Below, one piece after another: positions 21,546 to 33,800 of a DNA stretch of 49,366 nt. The notes beneath the pieces were generated by a model. The model saw nothing but the letters and a program-made list of their open reading frames with translations, searched no databases and was not told the origin of the DNA. The stretch is from Catajapyx aquilonaris (lineage: Eukaryota). The first letter of the stretch is position 1. Each line of letters starts with the position of its first letter. The translations under genes and the position numbers were made by a program. Where the stretch lies: positions 1-49,366 of the forward strand of contig JYFJ02002888.1 of NCBI GenBank assembly GCA_000934665.2. The letters run 5' to 3'.

Positions 21546-22665
21546 CCCCAAAAATTCAGAGTTGTATAAGACATATTTTGCACATGTTGGCTCTCCATTG
21601 TCCACAATGTTTAATCATTCATATGTTCACGTGATTACGTAAGCTGCGAATATTCAGTGACTATAGGTCACATGAAACTCCCATATTTTCACACCCGGCG
21701 CACACAGACCATTTGAAATGTACCCTGATTAGATTTGTTTGGCTATTTTCATTTTAGAACTTGCAAACGGATCCTCTGCCACGGGGTTAAAAAATCCCTT
21801 TGTTGTAATATTGCGAGGCCGCAGACTAGTCATGCTCCGATTTCAAACTAACTATACAGCTTACAAAGCGACGTCAAGTATACTCTCACATGTAAGGTGC
21901 AGCTCAGGTAGCATGAAATTCTTACCGAAAGGTTATGCTCTATAAAAACAGGCTTACACCGTACGTACTGGTATGATCTGTTGGATACTGTACTCTTTAG
22001 CTCTAGTAAAGGAAGTGTCTTCATCAATTTTCTTGCCTAGATCTAAAGCTTTAATGCACAAATGAGCAATACAGTATTCTTTGAACTGCAATCACAGAGC
22101 CTACAGAAAAGTCTAAGCGTGCCATGGCCCGCGTGTTAATAATGACAAAAGTGCGGCCATACATCTGAGAAGAGTGCCTACGTGAACATTTCTCATCCTG
22201 TCACGCCCACAAAGTTTCCTTTGAGTTGCGCAGAATTACCGATGAGGGAAACATCATCGGAAACTTTTTCTCTTTCTTGCCAATTTAAAATTAGCAGTGA
22301 AAAATTGCACTTTCACGTGCACTGGTGTATATTACCTTGTGGACAAATAATAATAATATTTATATCTCACCAATTAATATTTTATACATGAGATGTGTTG
22401 TTGTTGTTAAAGTAGAGCTACTCAGGCGCAACTGCACTATACTGCAGATTGCACCAGATGTATTGTATGTTTACATACAACTTGTTACCAATATTACTGT
22501 TGCAAATAGTTAGGCCTACTACTATACTAATAAATCTAGGGTTTAATCGTGTACATAAAATTGCGCAACTAGTCAGAATACCGCTGTAGTAGCATAGAGG
22601 TCTAATGAAAGCCTTTATAGGAGTGACGTACATGATTGTATACAGTATACCATGGAACTACAAGT

Positions 22666-22990
22666 TATTTATTTATTTTATTTTATCCCATTGAGAGATC
22701 ATAGCTCTATTAGGGGAGTGCAACACCACCATCCATATTTTATATTTTCTTAATTATTTTCTTCAGCTCCGTGCAAGGATGACAGGACATGGGGTATATG
22801 GATGGGGATTTTTGGGGAGGAGACACAGGTGCAGTGCAATATCATAAACTGGGTCATGTGGAGTCTCCCTGGAGGTTAGGTTGCCAGACACCTCCAAGGC
22901 GCAGGTGAAAGGGAACTCCCGGGCGGGGACGAACCCGGGACCTTTCACTCAGCAAGCCGAGACGTTACCATCATGGCCACCACACCTCCC
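22666..22990 (-). mobile_element. tRNA-derived SINE, family C, second copy
   Basis: Reverse complement of the 15047 element (GGGAGGTGTGGTGGCCATGATGGTAAC...GGGTTCGTCCCC) with a (TAAA)n tail. 9-bp TSD actacaagt at 22657-22665 and 22991-22999. Confidence 0.9.
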
Positions 22991-23405
22991 ACTACAAGTA
23001 AGTTATACGACGTATATCCGTAACAACAGACTATCCTGACTTTACCGAAAAATTGAATAGATACTGTGGCTATTTACAAAAAAATACCCGGTATGGTTCA
23101 CCATATATGCGGGATTCCATGTCCCCTGAAGAGCATATATCCATAAGTATCGCCAATTTTAACCAATATTTGGCTGTACCAAGGATGTACTACGTACACA
23201 CATTCCTTCGGCCCTTGAAATGTGGGCTTACCAGGGGCTATGCACTTTCATACTATGTAAACTTTTGCTCATTTTGCAAACGTGTGACCTTGTTTGGAGG
23301 TTTGCTAATCCTCATAAACATAAACAGTACCGTAATTGTTCAGCGTAACATGCCAATGGAATTCTTATATAAACATTTAAAATTGATTATCAGTGTAAAA
23401 GAATT

Positions 23406-23450
23406 ATGTAAATGTATGTGTATATGTATATGTATATGTAAATGTATATA
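23406..23450. repeat. Imperfect (ATGTAT)n microsatellite
   Basis: atgtaaatgtatgtgtatatgtatatgtatatgtaaatgtatata. Confidence 0.8.
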
Positions 23451-24991
23451 AACTTTCACACATGACGAGGCTCGCCTTCTTTATTTTATTTGCATCCGTG
23501 TCAACGTCAAGCCTCCCATGTGCAGTTGGATTCCTTCTAATCCCAGGTGTATAGTGGTGAAACGAACCGTTTGATGCCTATGGAACTTTACATGCAGCAA
23601 CCTGGCTATAGCTCTGGGCTATAGACATAAGCATTTGCAGTACGGTTAGAAAATGTTGGTTACTTGACACTCACTTTAAAGTCTCACTTAATTTTTCAAT
23701 ACCAATTCATTCTAAGTTTGCTAGAAATTTTATAATGCTGTGGCATGTAGGCTATGATTAATATAGCTACAAACAACGTGGATTTGGAAAGGATAAATAA
23801 CTCCTCAGCGTATGGACCAGTTTACAAGGTCACGCCTTCCATTGAACAGTACTTCTCTTTCAACTTGCCCTTACCTCATCTACGCCTGTGGCTAAATTTA
23901 AAAAAAAAAAAAAAAATCGAGATCTGTTTGGATGGCAGGCCATAAGGTTATGTTCTCGTCCGACCAGAATTGTGATTGGTGCAATATGAGTGAGATTTTT
24001 CTTGTTACCATCTTATGTTTCAATGTCCAATATTTAAAACGCCCCGCAGGCAATATCTCAACCATGTCCAACGTCACCCTCCAAATTGCTTTCATTTGAC
24101 ATTCCATGAACCAACGAAACTGATTATCTTTGATGTATATAATTTTTGTATGCATGTGGGAAAGTACATGCCCATGGGCTCTGTAGGAGGTTGTGTCCCC
24201 CTATAGGAGCAACGCTCCAGAACGGGGTAATAAAAACAAACAATATAGCTACAAATATTAATATTAATGCCCTAAATTTAAATATTTGAATATAAACTTA
24301 AGCTATAGTAATTAATTTAAATAAGGAAATATTGACAGATAAGACTTTAGCAGAATTTTTCAACACATTGCAAAGCATTAGTCTACAAGCTTTGACAGTC
24401 ATTACATAACATCATTGGCAGTTGGAGTTTCCTTTTGTTCAATGAGTAAGTTCTTTCCGTAATTTTATTCAGTTAGCATTGGATTCTCCAATTTATTCAG
24501 TTGTTATTTTTTGATGCTGAGGAATTTACCTCCTCGCTGCATGTACGGTACACTGGTTCAACTGATATATTCCACGAGAAGAATTTAATAGCTACCTTTG
24601 TGTCCACATTGGCGACGGTGCCACTTCGCATCAGGACACTGGAAATTGTACGAAGGAGCAGCAACCCTATATGTCAGTATTTTACTGTGAATTTAGGCTT
24701 ACAGGTGCACTAATCAAAAATGCTCTGCATACTGTATAGGTTTTTAATTAGACAATGATACCTGCATGCAAGATTATCTTCAAAGCTTAATAATTGCTGA
24801 CCTGTCTACAGTATACCTTGTAATGTGCGAGATGGACAGCCGGAAGCTATTTCATTTTTTAAAGAACAGCCAAAATGCACTTTTCCTCATTTAGAAAATC
24901 TACATAAAATTCAGGCGCTGTAACTTAATAAGAGTACTTAGTAGGCCTATTCCCTTGACTTACTCTTGTGAATAGCTATAAACAACTTTAT

Positions 24992-25437
<446 letters not shown>

Positions 25438-25921
25438 AAACAACTTAGAAAACTGTGGTTGAGACACCTTGCCTTTAAGCAATAATTTGTGCATATAGCA
25501 TCTTGCCTACTGTAGTACAGTAAGCTTAGATAATATACAGTATATCGATTTCCAAATACAATCTTTTTCACCGCCTGCCAATTATTGGACAGCTCTTCAG
25601 GTACCACAAACTGCTTTAAATTCAGTACACTGTACCGTCCCAATACAATATCACACATCCCCAATCCTTGGTCCCTGTAGCAAGAATACTACCGGACAGC
25701 ACATGAAATGGCTTGCAATAAACATTAAATTCAAGTTACAGCAATAGAAACTTCCTATCAACACTATTTTTGCGTTCTTACTTGCCTGGTGCGGAACTAT
25801 AGGTCTACATATTATGACAAGAAGGCTAAAACAACTGTTCTGGAACCCGGCCCGCAGGCTTGCAAACAATGGGGTCAATGAATTGACCCCTGAGATTAAC
25901 CACCTTCAGCACGACGTTATA

Positions 25922-26359
25922 CAGGGTGGCTCCGGAACACCAACAAACTTCACCTGTCGTCGCGAAGTGACTGTCAATATAAGAGGGGTCACTTCGAGGG
26001 TCACCTTAGCCTCCGCAATCTAGTTGCCGAGATTATAGACTTTTAGTATATGTAGTATATATAGTATATTCTGGAATATTGGCATCTAAACGCATAAGAA
26101 GTACGTCTGAAAAGTCTGACCTCTCTGAGACGTGCATATAATTATGACCTGCACCAGCCACCAGCCGAAAACGCATAGTTTCAGATGCGCTCAATGCATG
26201 GCTGGATGCAAACCATCCATGATACACTATACTACATGATTAATAGCCAATTATCCCGGTAATGATGCTGCGGAGACCAAATGACACTCCTACATAAAAG
26301 TGATCCTGTCGGGCACATGAGTTCCCCCTTGAAGTTTGTTGGAATTACGGAACACCCTG
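25922..26359. mobile_element. Tc1/mariner-type MITE
   Basis: TA|cagggtggctccggaacaccaacaaacttca ... tgaagtttgttggaattacggaacaccctg|TA, imperfect ~31-bp TIRs. Confidence 0.8.
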
Positions 26360-26533
26360 TATAAAAGAAGAGCCAAGAAATTTTTCATAGTTTTCCAGAT
26401 TATCAGAACTACCTTAATATCTGGAGCTCATAAAGCAGGAGTACAGTACAAGAAATACTTTGCCCAATGGGTGCCATTTTATGAAATGGGCGGAACTTGT
26501 GTTTGTGAGATATTGAACTCCCGAGTACGTTTA

Positions 26534-26660
26534 TGCCTGATTGCACCAACGAAATTACCGATTCGATAGCTCCTAACAGATAGTTAGCACACGTTAAAAG
26601 GGTGTCCTAACGATCTGTTAGGAGCTATCGAATCGGTAATTTCATTGGTGCAATCGGGCA
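26534..26660. mobile_element. PIF/Harbinger-type miniature hairpin MITE (127 bp)
   Basis: TTA|tgcctgattgcaccaacgaaattaccgattcgatagctcctaacagat ... atctgttaggagctatcgaatcggtaatttcattggtgcaatcgggca|TTA. 3-bp TTA TSD and near-perfect ~54-bp arms. Confidence 0.9.
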
Positions 26661-27156
26661 TTAGTAGGCAAAGTTTCAACTTTATATTTTCCGACGGCTT
26701 TAGTTTGATTTTGGACAAGTACTGCTGGTACTCACTCAAGCCAAATATACAGCCTTACCTGGGAGAGTGCACACGTAGTGTACTCCTGAAGGAACTTGAA
26801 GAGAAGGCTTAAGTAGAGGTCAGGTTTCGTGCTGGCACGCATTTAATTACACCTGTTCACTTTTGCGTTTGTCTTGTGAATTTAGCTTGAGCCTAATCAA
26901 CTTTCTGTTCGTATAAGTTCCCCAAAGACTACCAACTGATGGCTCGCTTTTGAGTTGACTTAACTAAGGCCTGACGAGTTTCTTTCTACTGTAAGGCCTA
27001 GCGTATAGTTATTCCCAGTTGAATACCTGTTCAAGAGCTTTAGTGCAACAAACAGCATAATATTGGGCATAATGAAGCAACGTAGCATTTGTAGACATAC
27101 GGTAGTAAAATGCATGAATTCTACATGTAGTCTACTCGTATACTGTCAAAATAAGA

Positions 27157-27274
27157 TTTGACCAGACGTATCCTAAACCTGAAGAGTCTATACAACCATA
27201 ACCCTTCTACCCCTGACAAAAATAAGAGTAGACTGCGGATGGTTACATATAGCGTCAGGATACATCTGGCCAAA
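27157..27274. repeat. Small degenerate inverted-repeat element
   Basis: tttgaccagacgtatcct pairs with aggatacatctggccaaa. Confidence 0.5.
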
Positions 27275-29098
27275 ACATTTATGAAGGAGTTTAGTTTAGT
27301 TTAGTTTATTTATCCCTGGTAGGCTTCACGCCTTTACATGTGGCAAGTCCTGTAGATATGTACAGTACATTAATTGAATTCCGTTACTTATTTACCTTAC
27401 ATTTATGAAGGATAGTACTGTCGACTGCCGAGTACTGCTCAGTTGCATTATGGCATGGAAATGCGAGTACTGCAGTGTAATACTGCAAAGGGATTTCATA
27501 CTTAAGCTTCTGTGCTGATACTGAATCCAATTAAAGTAATTTTTCCTTTCATCTAAAAATGCATTAATTCCAGAGCTATTACTATAGAGAGAATATCGTA
27601 ATAACCATGCAGATGCGATTATTTTATAATTGAGTGCATGGGGGATTTTTTTTCCGCAGGAATTGAAGTGGTGCAGACAGTCCGTGTGACGTCAAAGGCT
27701 GAGCTCAACTCAAACACAACTACAGCCTTTCCATTCTCAAAATCAAGAACCCTCTCCTGCCCTCCCTTCAAAATCGATAAATTATGCAGCTGTTCACCTG
27801 CGGTTGCAGTCTAACGCTTTTCCTAAAATCGGCAGCCGAAATAGGTTTGAAGCTTTGCTATTCATATCCACTCGTTAAGACCTGCGTGTCAAAAAAGTGC
27901 CATCGACATTTTTATACAGGGTAAGGTAGGGAGGAATCTCAAACTGACACCAAATGAAGACCTGAAAGGTGGAATAATCAGACTCATATTCTGGTCAAAA
28001 TTGAGTTAGGTATTTCGTAATATAGCCTTTAACGAGTACTTTGAGTCTGTTTTCTGCTAGAGAACTTACAGTATCGTAGAGACATGGCTGAAAATATTTT
28101 CCCATTAGGGGTAATGTAACCTTCATGTCTCAAAATAACTTCAGTGCGAGACTGTGTGCTGCTTCGTTTCATGTTTTAAAATGGTTTAGACAGGCACTGC
28201 AGGCAACTTGTATCAACTAATATTTTTATGATATGCAAGTACCATTTATGACATGTCCGCATAGTCCTGTCAGAAGGACAACCTGTCTGCCTGGTTATGT
28301 TGGCTAAGACTACACAGGAGCTCCTGTGGTTAGTTATTGCAACTGTAACAATTATTTAAAATAGTTGAAAAGGCTGTCAAGCCCATACTTGCTGACCTTC
28401 CTGCTGTAGTTAAATACGTAGCCCCAATGCCCAGTTTCTCTGACGTTTTAACTAGCTACGAAGATCTAATACTTATAATATCAGCAAACTAACTTTAACT
28501 GCCTATTTTAAAAAGGTAGAAAAAAACCGGGCCCAAAAAGCACCTGTTCATCTTTTTGTAGCCAGGTAAAAGGAGATGACAACCAGCCATTTGTAATCCT
28601 CCTCAGTATGACCCTAATGCTGCTTCTGAGGCATTTCTACAGCTGAGAATCCGAGAAAACGAGTGACATTTATCTAATCAGCAGGGATTAGAGCGGCTGT
28701 ATCTCGCTGCAAAAAGGAGGAAGAAGTTTGCAGCAAGGAGAGAACTGATGTCCTCAACGGGGAGAATACCCAACTTTGTTGGCCCTTGGGCTAACTCATG
28801 CAAAACTACCTTCTGCGTCACTCAACCTGAGCTGCAACGACAGAGAAAATGGCGCAGGAACCGTATTCACCAGCTCAAAATAAACTGAAGTGTCTGTTTT
28901 ACAAGTATGTTCCGGTATGTCCACTCGACCTATTTGAAGGCAGTTGGAGTGTAGAGGGCTCTCTAGCGACACCTACTAACAATTTGCTGAAGTGGGTGTG
29001 GGACATCAGTGGGTGCGACTTTCTATAGACTGCTCAAGTTTGGCTCAAGTGACATTCTATGTATGCTTTTTATAGGTTGGATGCCACAATTTATTGAC

Positions 29099-29692
29099 AA
29101 GGCTTGTTGTTGGGTTTCGTTATATACTAATAATAACTTAGTAAAGGTCAGAGCAATTTTTAGTTTTTTAAGAAATCGGCCTTATTGTAACCTAAGCCTA
29201 TTATCTATTTTGTAGCGAAATTTTGCTAACGATTGAGTTTCTGCCTGGATCAAAAATGACTGAAAAGGAAATTGTGAGCTTTTGTGACATTTCCATGCAT
29301 AGGGAGACTTACAGGTGGGCACCTTTTCACGTTGTCGCTTTTGTACTATGTATCGAATTGAGCAGAAGAAACTCTGGATTATACAGAATTAAATGCTAAG
29401 GCTTGTTGTTGGGTTTCGTTATACTAATAATAACTTAGTAAAGGTCAGAGCGATTTTCAGTTTTTTTTAATCGGCCTTATTGTAACTTAAGCCTATTAGC
29501 TGTTTTGTAGCAAAATTCTGCTAAAGGTTGAGTTTCTGCCTGGATTTTAAAAAAAGAATTCAAAAGAAATTATGAGCTTCTGTGACATTTCCATGCATTG
29601 GGAGACATAGGTGGGCACATTTTCACGCTATCGCTTTTGTTCTACTTATCGCATTGGGCAGAAGAAACTCTTGATTATATGGAAGCTTTACT
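29099..29692. repeat. Head-to-tail tandem duplication of a ~300-bp unit
   Basis: aaggcttgttgttgggtttcgttata...ttagtaaaggtcagagc...gagtttctgcctggat...gtgacatttccatgcat...gcagaagaaactct occurs at ~29099-29389 and again at ~29398-29692. Confidence 0.92.
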
Positions 29693-30708
29693 GTATGTCA
29701 CAGTCTCTGGTGAGTAGCAAATAGTAGCAAAGCAAAGACCTATTGACCTTCCTTTCCTCCCTCTTTTTACCCTTTGCCTATCTGACCCATCCTACGTTTT
29801 CCTGAGTGGAAGCAGTTGCTTTTCCCCTCAGACTACAGATTGGCAAAGTTGCGGTAGGAGCTCTCCACAAGCTTCTGGGACCTAGTACAGTGTCCCTGAG
29901 GCCAGCTACGATTGCTGTTGCTAATTGGGACGCAGCAGGAGTGTTTCCCTGTTGTGGCTGGCAGCGAGCGTCACTTCCCTGCTGTGAGAAGGACCTCATC
30001 GAGGCTAAGCAGTTATCCGCCAACAAGCAGACATTGTATAGCAGAAGAAGGTGGACGTGACGGGGTTTGGCCATGTCACGGCTGGCGGCGGTACCCACCG
30101 AAGAAGCGGTTGGGAACCTTGACGAGGCCGGCATTATCCGCCAGTTGACAGCCCAGACATTACGTCGAGAAGGTACGTCGTGCATCAACGGCAGCATCTA
30201 AGTGGCCTCGTCGTCGTCGTCGTCGTCGAGAAGGACGAAAGGGTTGATGGCCACGACTGCACCAGGGATTGGGAAGTATTACCAGGGAGCATCTTGGAGC
30301 ATTGTAACCAAGGGCTTCAGGAAGAGGTATCCAACGACCCCATTCAACCGAGCGACAGACGTGTCGTCGAGGTGGACTCATAATCCGGCCAGCTGAGTTG
30401 ATCAGGGTCGAAGTACTGATAACGAAGTGGGGGTCAGGTGTTGGGAATATATCGATTATCTTCAGGAAGTGATGAACTGTTATGCATTGCGTGAAGAGAG
30501 GGAAAGGGAATTGTGGGTTATTGATACTGATGTAGTACTTTTTGCACTCGCTATATTTGTTTGCACGTGACTTGGAGCAATGCAAGAAGGTCACAAGGAG
30601 GCGGACTTTGTTCATTGCCAACCACTGCAATCACAACCAGGAGGGATGTGACCATGCACCCAGTCTTAATAATTAAAACTCCAAACTCTCCTCTGATCCT
30701 CCACCGAC

Positions 30709-30809
30709 ACTTATAGGTGGGCACCAGTCCTGTTCACGCTATCGCTTTTGTTCTACTGTATTTTTATCGCATTGGGCAGAAGAAACTCTTGATTATACGG
30801 AAGCTTTAC
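30709..30809. repeat. Third, partial copy (3' ~100 bp) of the 29.1-29.7 kb tandem unit
   Basis: ataggtgggcac...ttcacgctatcgcttttgttctact...tatcgcattgggcagaagaaactcttgattata.ggaagctttac matches ~29607-29691. Confidence 0.88.
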
Positions 30810-33800
30810 ATATAACAGCGCCACTTGCTTCCACAGCTGTAAACAATGTATGTCCACAAGAAGAAAATACTGTTGACTGCTTTATCTGCAGTAGGTCTCG
30901 TAATTGACAATGCTATTTCACAAATGAAATTATTTTCAAGCGTCTACAGCGCCAATGCCGCATTAGAGACTAGAGCAGACACAATAATTCTGTGTTACAC
31001 TGTACTGTTTTACTAAGTAGCCTATATTCAACTCCAGCTTCGTGAGCTGCAAAAAAGCACAGCAATAATGCTGATAGAAGTCTGAAACTAGGCGGGGATG
31101 CACCTGAATTCAGATAGAAAGAATCAAAATGTTCAAATGAGTTATTAATCACTGGGTTCAGAATAATACTTATGTGCCTACTGTTATTTACTTGAGGTCA
31201 ATATATGATAATATCAGCCCGTTTTCCGAATGTGAAATTGTGATCACCTTGAATAATTTAGGCCGACAGACACGTCACCTTGGGTCCTAAACGCGCTTGT
31301 GCAGAAGAGCTATGAGAAACCGACCGAGAAACCCAGGTTAGTGTTGCGTATATCCTCATATAGTCCAGAACGGAAATTCCTTATTATTGATTAATGGTAT
31401 ATTCCTGTTCACTCCCTTTGGGTCGAGTGGTAGGCCCTTCTGTGTCTGGATCTGGCACAAACCAGCTGAAGAGTTGGCTTTTTCCATTTTCTTTCCAACG
31501 ACACATAACCTGACAAATTGAATGCCTTGTTTGTACATTACGATCTGCACCTCTGCCTTAATGGTGCAGCTATACAAGGAGGAAGGTGGCAGAAAGGAGT
31601 TTCCGGAACAGTTTCACACGCTGATGTGGTCCATTTGTTCTGGAACTAACGAAGCCTCTGTAAGTAACGATGGTCTCCGAAAAGCGAGGGCATTGCCTCG
31701 CCACCAAAATGGTATCAGTGTAAGAGAAGGCGTTATCTCGAGTAGATATAATTACAGACATGCAATTTCACAAGTCCATAACACGACGGAGTCATTAAGT
31801 TTCATAATTTTCCCGCAGCCTAGCTTTGATTGCAAGAAGCACGCAGGATCGCGTCAGTAATCCCGCTCTATCTCACTTCTCTAATCTGTTGTAGTGGAAG
31901 TTTACGTTTAGCCCTCAGTAAACAAGACATTATCCTATGCCCCTCTCTTTGCCCTCCCGGAATTTATTCTTGCCATAAAGGACCAATGTTAGCTTTCTGT
32001 TGGGATGAGCCTCAGGCTTATGGTACATCCTCTTTCTCATGGCGGACTTTCCTATACAGCCCCCGGATTTGTAGCTTTTTTATGCTTGTTAGTAGACGGC
32101 CTGTACAACGTACTGGAAACAAGCCAAAGAGAAATATATACACAAGGGAATCCAGTTGAAATATACGGCGTGCTTCGTTTTTATGCCGGAAACAGAAACA
32201 TTTTCTATGGTTGACTCAACGCTATACCTCACTACCCAATCATGTATTATGACGTCACGTAACGCTACCTTATCACTAAATGCGCATGCGTAGAATGGTA
32301 CAGATGAGGATCGGTAGTAAGACACGTGCTATGAAATTCAAACTGATATCATTTGAATTGAGTGGATAATTAGTAAGCGGACGGAGTGCGTTGTCCTTTA
32401 TGCGTCTGGTCAGGCAGAGTTCCCCTCCGCTTTGTATGCATCGCATAATAATCTTAGCAGACGTCTCTGGGAAGCCCAGAGTAGCGTGAAATTTTCTCTT
32501 TTCCCTTCTGCTCTAATTGGCACCTCGACCCGAAGCTATGTGGGACAGGGTCGTTCATGCACTAGGAAGAAAACCTAATTACACTTGCGAATCTGCAGTT
32601 CCGACAGAGAAGTTGTGAAAGTAAAACATGCACTTTTTTTTGCTCGCGTTCCGTTATGTGTACTAATTAGAATAACGGATTACGCACAATTCTAAGCAGG
32701 GTAAATGTCGAGAGACAATGCCTCAGCCACCATCTATTGAGCTTGAAACACAAGGAAGTAATTTTCAACCTTCATTCGTATAAGGTCTCCCAGAGCGCAC
32801 ACAAAACTTGATAGCATAATACAGTTCCCAAGCTTCTGATACGCCAACGCTGTAGCCACAAAGCGCACCAAATTCGTGGAGTTACTATATTGAGGCTTTG
32901 TGGACGACAATTCTGACTACCGGTATTTTTTAGACATCAAAATAAATCGACTAAACCTCGGTATGCATAACAGTCATACCTGCTGCGCAATCTCCCCCAG
33001 TATGAAGTTTCATTGCACATAACGGGAGCCTACTAAAATAGACGACGTCACACGAATTTAACTGGTTCTGATAGCGCATGTACTACAATCTTAATTGAGT
33101 AATGTGATCGACCCAACTGTATACAACTCATAAGCTTACAGTGTTGCAACGAGTTAGATGATTTTTCATACTGTATAGACTCGTGTATAATCCGCTAAAC
33201 AACTCTATTTGCATCAATAACATGCTTGTTTCCCTCCTCATAGACCAATGGACAAAATAATAGAGTGGCGTACAACAGATGGAAACATTATACCATCCAT
33301 TCTCACCTGTGTGGATAAAATGGCAGGTTTATAACCCTACATTTTGTCTCTCCCCCATTTAAGTCATCAAAATCGAGGGACAGTCCCACCTCCACATGTT
33401 GCTTAGCGCCTTAAAATTAGACCCCCCGCAATAAAACAAAGGCTCTCGGGTTGCATTAAGAGTCAGGATAACATTTTCTCTTCATAACTACATTGTGGTA
33501 ATTACCTCATCGAAGACGTAAGAGTATGAGTTGGGCGTTAATAGGTAGTAGCCGCTTAAATGGGTTTTATTTTCCCGATTACACGGGTTTAATGAGTCAG
33601 AGTGAGACGCCGAGCACCTAATTTGATAGGCGCGTGGAAAAGGGAGCCCGACCGACCGAGTTGGCCTATTCCAGACTGGCAGACTATAAAACAAGGTCAT
33701 ATTTGGGATGGTACTGGCTGATAGTCATGAAGGAAAGAGAGATTGGTACAAATTATTCTACTTTTGCCTCTCGCTACCTTCCCCCGCCGCAGACTATATC

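Noticed and set aside
29099..30809. CRISPR-like or LTR-pair interpretation of the direct repeats
   Set aside because: Units are ~300 bp without spacers, and there are no TG..CA ends, PBS or PPT.
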